24,000 nt of DNA, from the NCBI GenBank assembly GCA_934747965.1, contig CAKVHI010000003.1, positions 14,850 through 38,849 of the forward strand. The letters are read 5' to 3'. Position 1 is the stretch's first letter. Every line of letters begins with the position of its first letter. The translations under genes were made by a program, and so were the position numbers. The notes beneath the pieces are model-generated. The model saw only the letters and a list, made by a program, of their open reading frames with translations. It did no database searches and was not told where the DNA came from. The stretch is from an uncultured Clostridia bacterium. GTDB lineage: Bacteria > Bacillota > Clostridia > Christensenellales > UBA1242. This document shows, in pieces, positions 17,310 to 24,000 of the stretch.

Positions 17310-17780
17310 CTAAATTAAGATTATACAAACCAATATTGCCACCAAAATTGACAGTTTTTTGTACATACTTCCTTGCTTATCATTATTCAATTTTGCCTGT
17401 TTCAACAAACTATCAAAGATTTCAAGATTTTTATCGATATACTCTTTTTGACTTTCGCAATCGCTTTTTCCCAAACCTTTAAAAAAATCTTTTAATTTGT
17501 TGTTTTCCTCTTTAGAAATCAAATTCAAATCAACAAATTCTTTATCTTGCAAACTATTTTTATAATTCAACAATAACTCTGTCAAGTCAGTATTTTTCGT
17601 TTTGTAATTGTCAACAATTTCAACAATATCCCTTTCAAAAAAACCTATTTCACTTTTAAGATAAATTAAAAAATTTTTAAATTCATAGTAAAATTTTTCT
17701 TTTTTCTTAAATTTGTTTCCTATATTAAAACCTAAAACACAAATTGACCCGAAAATTAAACCCAAAATTAAGCTTTTCAT
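17310..17780 (-). CDS. spoIIIAB: Stage III sporulation protein AB
   Basis: N-terminal TM, FKNFLIYLKSEIGFFERDIVEIV, in spoIIIA order. Confidence 0.9.
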   Translation of the reverse strand: MKSLILGLIFGSICVLGFNIGNKFKKKEKFYYEFKNFLIYLKSEIGFFERDIVEIVDNYKTKNTDLTELLLNYKNSLQDKEFVDLNLISKEENNKLKDFFKGLGKSDCESQKEYIDKNLEIFDSLLKQAKLNNDKQGSMYKKLSILVAILVCIILI

Positions 17781-18697
17781 AACAACCTGACTAAATTCTC
17801 ATCAAAGATACCTTCAAGCGTTCCTGCCCCATTTTTTTTGCTTAAAACAACATAGCGTTTAAATACCTTTTTTGTAAGAATTTCATTAAATAATTTTTTT
17901 TCTTTCAAATCATTAATATCTTTTGAATGTGTAGTGGCAACAATATTAACTCCACTATTACAAGCATAAATTAAACTATCAACATCATCTTTGTTGCAAA
18001 TTTCATCTGTTATAATAACATTAGGGTTCATTGTTCTTATCCCATTTTCAAAGCCTGTTTTTTTGTTTCCAAACTGAATTATGTCTGTAAATTTCCCCAC
18101 ATCCATGCCGGCTTCGCCTTTGTTTAAACTCGAAATCTCATTTCTTTCATCCAAAATTAATAAATTTATGGGATAGTTTCGTTTACCAATTTGATAGCAT
18201 AAATCTCTTATAAAAGTCGTTTTTCCACTTCCAGGGCTCGAAATGATTAATGTATTCAAAACTTGTCCTGCTTCGACAATGAAATTTAATGAATTTAAAC
18301 TACAATTTCTAACTTCGTGAGGAAATCTTATATTCAAACTATTAAAGTTTTTAACGGTTTTTATGTAGCCATTTTCTTCAACCACTTCGCCACACAGTCC
18401 GATTCTTATTCCGCTGCTTAAAGCGATAAATCCTCTTTTTAAATCTTCATTTACACTATAAAGTGAATAGTTGCTTGCTTTCATAACTACGCTATCAATC
18501 AAATTTCTTGTGCATATTATAGCATTTTCCTCATCATTGCAAAGACCTTCCGGGCTTAAAAAATAAAGTTTGCTTCCATAATTAATAACAATAGGCTTTG
18601 AAATTCTTAATCTAATTTCAAACAAAAAACTATACTTAACTGTTTTTGCAATAAGTTCATACAAGTCTGTTGGCAAAATTTTATCTAACATATACAA
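17777..18697 (-). CDS. spoIIIAA: Stage III sporulation protein AA (ATPase)
   Basis: LIISSPGSGKTTFIRDLCYQIG (Walker A), LLILDERNEISS, GIRTMNPNVIITDEI. TTG at 18697 or ATG at 18691 may be the start. Confidence 0.95.
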   Translation of the reverse strand: MYMLDKILPTDLYELIAKTVKYSFLFEIRLRISKPIVINYGSKLYFLSPEGLCNDEENAIICTRNLIDSVVMKASNYSLYSVNEDLKRGFIALSSGIRIGLCGEVVEENGYIKTVKNFNSLNIRFPHEVRNCSLNSLNFIVEAGQVLNTLIISSPGSGKTTFIRDLCYQIGKRNYPINLLILDERNEISSLNKGEAGMDVGKFTDIIQFGNKKTGFENGIRTMNPNVIITDEICNKDDVDSLIYACNSGVNIVATTHSKDINDLKEKKLFNEILTKKVFKRYVVLSKKNGAGTLEGIFDENLVRLL

Positions 18698-18728
18698 TTC
18701 CTTTTTACTATAAATATTTATAAAAAAA

Positions 18729-18747
18729 GCCTATTATTACAATAGGC
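18729..18747 (-). terminator. Intrinsic terminator (second of a tandem pair) between efp and spoIIIAA
   Basis: Minus sense GCCTATT-GTAAT-AATAGGC followed by TTTTTTT. Confidence 0.85.
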
Positions 18748-18753
18748 AAATAA

Positions 18754-18784
18754 AAAACACAAGATTACATTTTTCTTGTGTTTT
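18754..18784 (-). terminator. Intrinsic terminator downstream of efp
   Basis: Minus sense AAAACACAAG-(11 nt)-CTTGTGTTTT continuing into T's. Confidence 0.85.
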
Positions 18785-18797
18785 CGCTATTAAATTA

Positions 18798-19352
18798 TTA
18801 TACTCTTTCCATATATTCGCCAGTTCTTGTGTCAATTCTAATTCTGTCATGATTGTTAACGAATAGTGGCACTCTTAATTCTTTTCCAGTTTCAACTTTT
18901 GCCATTTTAGAAGCACTTGTAGCAGTGTTTCCTGCAACTGCTGGGTCACATTCAACAATTTCAAGTTCAACAAAAAGAGGTGGTTCAACTGAAATAATTT
19001 TTCCACTAGCTGAAACAACTGTGCACATCAAGCCATCCATTAGATAATCAAAAATAGCTGTGCAATCTTTGCTGTTTACTGGAAGTTGTTCATAAGTTTC
19101 TGGATCCATAAAATAATAAATTTCACCATCATTATAAAGATATTGCATTTCTTTTCTTTCAACTTGTACGGCTTCAACTTTTTCGTTAGTTTTGAAGTTT
19201 CTTTCAATTACTTGTCCAGTTTCAACATTCTTGATTTTTCCACGAATGAAAGCAGCAAGCCTAGGTTGACAAACATGTTGCCATTCAATAGCTTGATACA
19301 ATTTTCCCTCCCATTCAAAAGTTGTTCCCACTTTAACATCTGCTGTTAACAT
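18798..19352 (-). CDS. efp: Elongation factor P
   Basis: KVGTTFEWEGKLYQAIEWQHVCQPRLAAFIRGKIKNVETGQVIERNFKTNEKVE...RIRIDTRTGEYMERV. Confidence 0.97.
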   Translation of the reverse strand: MLTADVKVGTTFEWEGKLYQAIEWQHVCQPRLAAFIRGKIKNVETGQVIERNFKTNEKVEAVQVERKEMQYLYNDGEIYYFMDPETYEQLPVNSKDCTAIFDYLMDGLMCTVVSASGKIISVEPPLFVELEIVECDPAVAGNTATSASKMAKVETGKELRVPLFVNNHDRIRIDTRTGEYMERV

Positions 19353-19364
19353 TATTATTCCTCC

Positions 19365-20210
19365 TTATAAATTATTATATATATTTTTAAGTTTAAGGGC
19401 ATCTGTCGCCATTTTGCCCTTAGACTCACAAATAACTGTTGGATTTAGTTTATATTCCTTAATCACTTTCGCCAAATTTTCAAAATCAGGCCCAAACTTT
19501 GTGTCCGACAAATCAAGATGTTTTAATTCTCCTTTTTCTGAATAAGCGATTTTAGAAAAATGGATATGAACATTTTGAGTTTTATTTATTCCAAGTTTTT
19601 TAATTGAATAATCAAAAATCTTTCTAAAATCATCTTCGGTTTTCAAACCACCTTGCATAACACAATTAATATGTCCAAAATCAAATGTAGGAATTAGGCA
19701 CTTATCAAGAGTGCATAAATCAATAATTTCTTGATAACTTCCAATCTGTGAATATTTACCCATAGTTTCTGGACAAATTATAAAATTATTTAAACCTTTT
19801 TCGTACACTTCACAAAGCAATGCATCATAACCTTGATATAAAACTTTAAGTGCTTCACTTCTTGTATTTTCTAAATTTGTTCCGCTGTGAACAACCAGCT
19901 TTTTGCCACCAAACAAATTCAAAATATTTAGACTGTTTAAAACATAATTTATAGATTTTTGCCGTGCTTCCAAACTAGGATTTGCAAAATTAATAAAATA
20001 TGGAGCATGAACACTAACTTCAATATTTTGCTTTTTTGCTTCAGCACCCAAAAGGCTAGCCGATTCAGGTTTGATTGTTATTCCATTTCCTAGCGAATAT
20101 TCAAACAATTCTAACCCCAAATTGTTTAGCCATTCAAAAACTTCAATAGTTTTTTTATGTCCTTCACTATAAAACAATTCATCATTTCCACTTGGACCAA
20201 ATTTAACCAT
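19365..20210 (-). CDS. AP endonuclease family 2 / deoxyribonuclease IV-like TIM-barrel protein
   Basis: VKFGPSGNDELFYSEG...VSVHAPYFINFANP...VVHSGT...ICPETMGK...TFDFGHINC...HIHFSKI...ICES. Start moved from 20255 to 20210 to avoid overlap with truB. Confidence 0.85.
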   Translation of the reverse strand: MVKFGPSGNDELFYSEGHKKTIEVFEWLNNLGLELFEYSLGNGITIKPESASLLGAEAKKQNIEVSVHAPYFINFANPSLEARQKSINYVLNSLNILNLFGGKKLVVHSGTNLENTRSEALKVLYQGYDALLCEVYEKGLNNFIICPETMGKYSQIGSYQEIIDLCTLDKCLIPTFDFGHINCVMQGGLKTEDDFRKIFDYSIKKLGINKTQNVHIHFSKIAYSEKGELKHLDLSDTKFGPDFENLAKVIKEYKLNPTVICESKGKMATDALKLKNIYNNL

Positions 20211-20212
20211 AT

Positions 20213-21070
20213 TTATACCTGCAAATTTGTTTTGATTGAAAGCAAATTGGCACAAACACTGCCAATCCCTATTAACTTATTTTGACAATAAACAACAAGA
20301 TTGTTGGCGTTTTCATGTTCAACTTTAACTTTAACCCCATTAGAAACTTTAAATAACAAATTATCATCTAAAATCAATTTTTGATAGTCTTTAAGCAAAG
20401 TATCTAACTCAGTAATTTTATCAGAAAAGTTGGTATTTGTCAAACTTTTGTAGTAGGTTGAATTTAAAATATCAAATTTTCCGCTTTCAACCCTTATTAA
20501 AGCACTCATAAAAGCACAAGAATTAGTTAATTTCCCCAAATCTCTTGCAAGACTTCTAATATAAGTTCCACCCTCACAAACAATATTAAACAAAAAACTA
20601 CTTTCGTTTATTTTGCAAATTAATTCAAAATTCTCAACCACAACTTCCTTAGGCTTAATTTCAAAACTTTTACCACTTCTTGCAAGTTCGTAAGCCCTTG
20701 TTCCATTAATGTTTTTTGCACTGAAATTTGGCGGAATTTGACTGATTTTTCCAACAAGTTGTTTTAATGCAATTTTTAACTCTTCTTCAGTAGGAATTTT
20801 TTTGCAAGTTTTAATAACTTTTCCTTCACTATCAAGAGTATCCGTTTCTTTTCCAAAACAAAATATTGCTCTATAGACTTTCTTTTTGCTCAAATAATAA
20901 TCAAAAAGTTTTGTTCCCTTATTAACCATAACAGGCAAAACACCACAAGCCAAGGGGTCAAGAGTGCCTAAGTGCCCTAATTTTTTTATGTTTAAATTTC
21001 TTTTGAGATTAGTCAAAACATAATTACTAGAAATTCCACAAGGTTTATACACATTTATTATTCCGTGCAT
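20213..21070 (-). CDS. truB: tRNA pseudouridine(55) synthase
   Basis: GIINVYKPCGISSNYVLTNLKRNLNIKKLGHLGTLDPLACGVLPV (catalytic GTLDP). Confidence 0.96.
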   Translation of the reverse strand: MHGIINVYKPCGISSNYVLTNLKRNLNIKKLGHLGTLDPLACGVLPVMVNKGTKLFDYYLSKKKVYRAIFCFGKETDTLDSEGKVIKTCKKIPTEEELKIALKQLVGKISQIPPNFSAKNINGTRAYELARSGKSFEIKPKEVVVENFELICKINESSFLFNIVCEGGTYIRSLARDLGKLTNSCAFMSALIRVESGKFDILNSTYYKSLTNTNFSDKITELDTLLKDYQKLILDDNLLFKVSNGVKVKVEHENANNLVVYCQNKLIGIGSVCANLLSIKTNLQV

Positions 21071-22014
21071 TTAAGATATTCCTTTGCTTTTTCAATAATT
21101 TTTTTCTTTACACTGTTTTTGTTGCCATAAATTTTGCACCCAGAAGCAAATTTATGTCCTCCACCGCCAAAAAGACGGGCAAAATTACAAACATCAGTAT
21201 TTGCACTTCTAAACGAAACCCTAAACACGCCTTCTTTTTCTTCACAAATTACGCAAATAATTTTGTAGTTTTCAAGCCCAGATAACGAAAAAATAATGCA
21301 TGGTGTATAGTCTATTTCAACATCGTACTTTTGTAAATCTTTTTGCAAAATATAGGTTAATGCCAAACTATTGTCAAAAAAACTTTCAAGCCTTTGTATT
21401 GTTTCTGCTGTTAATTTTAATTGATTTAATTTCTTTTCCCTAAACAATGTGTAATTAATTTTTTCTATCTCTTCATTTATATCCTTACAAAGGTTTTCAG
21501 CAACCTCATATAAGTTGTTTGTTATGTTATACAAAAAACACCCACTATCCGTTGCTAAACCCGTGTAAAGCGAAATTTTAATGCTTTTTGTGAAATTTAT
21601 TTTTAATTCTTTTAAAAAATAATACAATATTTCACATGTAGAGCTTGCATCACTATTAACAACCTGAAATTTAGTAAAATTTTCATTATTTAAATGATGG
21701 TCAATATTTATGATATTTTCGCAATTTTTTAATACTTTTTCCATCGTGCCTATTCGTTTAATTTCACCACAATCAAGCACAAAGGCTAGGTCATATTTTT
21801 TGTTTTGACACTCAGTTTTTATTTCATCAGTTTTCAAAAACCACAAACGGTCGCCAATTTCGTCTTGAGAAAATACATCAACATTTTTTCCAAGTTGTTC
21901 CAAAGCTTCTTTAAGTGCCAAACTAGACCCTATAGCATCGCCATCTGGATTAATATGAAAAAATATTGCAATATTTTTTGATTTTTCAATTAAAGTTTTA
22001 ATCTCTTTTGTCAT
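21058..22014 (-). CDS. nrnA: DHH/DHHA1 phosphoesterase (bifunctional oligoribonuclease/pAp phosphatase NrnA-like)
   Basis: FFHINPDGDAIGSSLAL, NIDHH, DSGCFLY, GGGGHKFASGC motifs, next to rbfA/truB. Confidence 0.92.
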   Translation of the reverse strand: MTKEIKTLIEKSKNIAIFFHINPDGDAIGSSLALKEALEQLGKNVDVFSQDEIGDRLWFLKTDEIKTECQNKKYDLAFVLDCGEIKRIGTMEKVLKNCENIINIDHHLNNENFTKFQVVNSDASSTCEILYYFLKELKINFTKSIKISLYTGLATDSGCFLYNITNNLYEVAENLCKDINEEIEKINYTLFREKKLNQLKLTAETIQRLESFFDNSLALTYILQKDLQKYDVEIDYTPCIIFSLSGLENYKIICVICEEKEGVFRVSFRSANTDVCNFARLFGGGGHKFASGCKIYGNKNSVKKKIIEKAKEYLKCTE

Positions 22015-22351
22015 TATTAAGCCCTTTTAAAAGTTCATTTATGCGGTTTTCATTATTTATTCCTTCATCCAAAGAAAAAACAAGTTCTGGAGTTATCCTT
22101 AATTTAACATTTTTAGCAATTTCACGCCTTAAAAACGGAATGCTATTTTTTATTATATTAAAACTCATCTCTTTTTTGTCATCAGGGAAAATGCTTAATT
22201 TTATTTTTGCATGGCTTAAATCTGGTGAAGTATCAACATCAAGAACAGACACAAAAACTCCTTGCAATCTTGGATCAGAAAGTTTAAAAGATATAAGTTT
22301 TGATAATTCTTTTTGAATTTCACTGTTTATTTTTAAAATTCGATTTGACAT
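21998..22351 (-). CDS. rbfA: Ribosome-binding factor A
   Basis: NRILKINSEIQKELSKLISFKLSDPRLQGVFVSVLDVDTSPDLSHAKIKLSIF. Confidence 0.95.
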   Translation of the reverse strand: MSNRILKINSEIQKELSKLISFKLSDPRLQGVFVSVLDVDTSPDLSHAKIKLSIFPDDKKEMSFNIIKNSIPFLRREIAKNVKLRITPELVFSLDEGINNENRINELLKGLNNDKRD

Positions 22352-22361
22352 AACACCACCT

Positions 22362-24000
22362 CTAAAAAACTACTCTTTCCAAATTATATGCACTAATTTT
22401 GTCGCCAACTTCAAATTTTTCAAAGCCCTCAAGCTTGATACCACATTCAAAAGTTACACCAACTTCTTTAACATCATCCTTTTTGATTTTCAAACTTTCA
22501 AGTTTATATGCTCCAATTTCTTCGCCATTACGAATAACCTTACACAATGCCCCTCTTTGAATTTTCCCATCAAGAACGATGCTTCCAGCAACAATGCCAA
22601 TTCCAGTAATTTTGTACACCATTCTAACTTCAGCAGAGCCTGTATAAATTTCGTTAAATTTAGGTGCAAACATACTCTTCATTTTATTTGTTAAATAGTC
22701 TATAACATCATAAATAATTTTTGAATAATAAACTTCGATTTTTTCTTTTTCGATAATATCTCTTGCCTTGTTATCTGTTTTTGTGTTGAAGCAAATAATA
22801 ACCGAATTTGTTGTTTTTGCAAGATTTGCATCAGTTTCATTAACATTACCAACAGAGCTTGAAATAACATTAACTTTAACTTCTTCACTTTGAATAGCCA
22901 AAACACTTTGTTTTAGTGCTTCACTAGAGCCCTGAACATCGGCTTTTATGATAACATTTAATTGCTTTTTCATATTGTCTTCGGCTTTATGGAACAAATC
23001 TTCTGCCGAAACGCCAGATGAATTAGAAATTCTTTCTCGTTTCAAATTTGTTTTTCTTTCTTCAATTAGTTGTTTAGACATTTTTTCATCAACAACATAG
23101 GCTTTATCCCCTGCTTGAGGCACTGCATCCAAACCTAAAACCGATATAGGCATACTTGGTCCAGCAGATTTAACATTTTTACCATTTTCATCAATCATTG
23201 CTCTTATTCTTCCAAGTGCAAGACCAACAACCATAGTATCTCCAACATGAAGCGTTCCGTTTTGAATAAGAATTGTTGCAACCGGACCTTTACCTTTGTC
23301 TAGTTTAGATTCAATAACAGAGCCTGTTGCTTTTTGAGTTGGATCGGCTTTTAAATCTAACACATCGGCTTGTAACAAAACCATCTCAAGCAATTTATCA
23401 ATATTTTGATTTTGCTTAGCACTTATTGGCACCATAATTGTATCTCCGCCCCATTCATCGCTCAAAACATCATGGTCAGCAAGTTGTTGTTTTACTTTTT
23501 CTATGTTTGCAGTTGGTTTATCAATTTTGTTAATTGCAACAACCATTGGAACATTTGCATTTTTTATGTGTTTAATTGCTTCCAAAGTTTGAGGCATCAA
23601 TCCGTCATCTGCCGCAACAACCAAAATAGCAACATCTGTAATATTTGCACCACGCTCACGCATTGCCGTGAAAGCAGCATGACCCGGAGTGTCAATAAAA
23701 GTTATCATTCTATTGTTAATCTTAACTGTATAGGCTCCGATATGTTGTGTTATACCGCCCGCTTCTCCGCTTATAACATTTGTTTTTCTTATTGCATCCA
23801 AAAGAGAGGTTTTGCCGTGGTCAACATGGCCCATAACCGTAACAACTGGTGCACGCCTAACCAAATTACCCTCAACGGTTTCTCCGACCATTTTGCTTAA
23901 TTTTTCCTCAAAAGTTTCAGGTTTTTTATATTCAAGACTAACTCCAAGTTCACTGCAAACAAGTTCAGCCGTGTCAAAATCAATAGAGCTGTTAATAGTG
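22362..24000 (-). CDS. infB: Translation initiation factor IF-2 (5' end beyond window)
   Basis: [45 protein letters not shown] GTPase domain. The reading frame stays open from 23891 to the window edge ([36 protein letters not shown]...), so the track start at 23891 is internal. Confidence 0.97.
   Translation of the reverse strand, partial: TINSSIDFDTAELVCSELGVSLEYKKPETFEEKLSKMVGETVEGNLVRRAPVVTVMGHVDHGKTSLLDAIRKTNVISGEAGGITQHIGAYTVKINNRMITFIDTPGHAAFTAMRERGANITDVAILVVAADDGLMPQTLEAIKHIKNANVPMVVAINKIDKPTANIEKVKQQLADHDVLSDEWGGDTIMVPISAKQNQNIDKLLEMVLLQADVLDLKADPTQKATGSVIESKLDKGKGPVATILIQNGTLHVGDTMVVGLALGRIRAMIDENGKNVKSAGPSMPISVLGLDAVPQAGDKAYVVDEKMSKQLIEERKTNLKRERISNSSGVSAEDLFHKAEDNMKKQLNVIIKADVQGSSEALKQSVLAIQSEEVKVNVISSSVGNVNETDANLAKTTNSVIICFNTKTDNKARDIIEKEKIEVYYSKIIYDVIDYLTNKMKSMFAPKFNEIYTGSAEVRMVYKITGIGIVAGSIVLDGKIQRGALCKVIRNGEEIGAYKLESLKIKKDDVKEVGVTFECGIKLEGFEKFEVGDKISAYNLERVVF

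Overview
This window is a low-GC, Firmicutes/Clostridia-like chromosomal segment, apparently from a spore-former. The left part holds serS, a coupled orphan ORF, a YgjP-like metallopeptidase gene, and a PadR-type regulator fused to a membrane domain next to an ABC transporter. The right part is a long minus-strand housekeeping and sporulation block: infB(partial)-rbfA-nrnA-like-truB-AP endonuclease-like-efp-spoIIIAA..AH-asp23-nusB-xseA-xseB-[~530-nt noncoding gap]-membrane protein-argR-trpS. The main hit is the 10.95-11.48 kb gap. It has its own near-consensus promoter, no credible ORF, complementary 5'/3' ends followed by a U-tract, a ~12-bp long-range helix and several local hairpins. It lies between xseB and a ~22-kDa membrane protein gene that looks like OapA. 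That organisation matches the OLE (ornate, large, extremophilic) RNA class, here probably a compact version. OLE is a described class, so the novelty lies in this variant and its context. Other points of interest are three ArgR-box-like sites spaced 54-55 bp upstream of argR, the membrane-tethered PadR protein with a palindromic candidate operator, and a related TTTGCATAGTA motif in a 34-bp perfect palindrome inside the spoIIIA operon. All homology calls come from recognising sequences and gene order; no database search was run.
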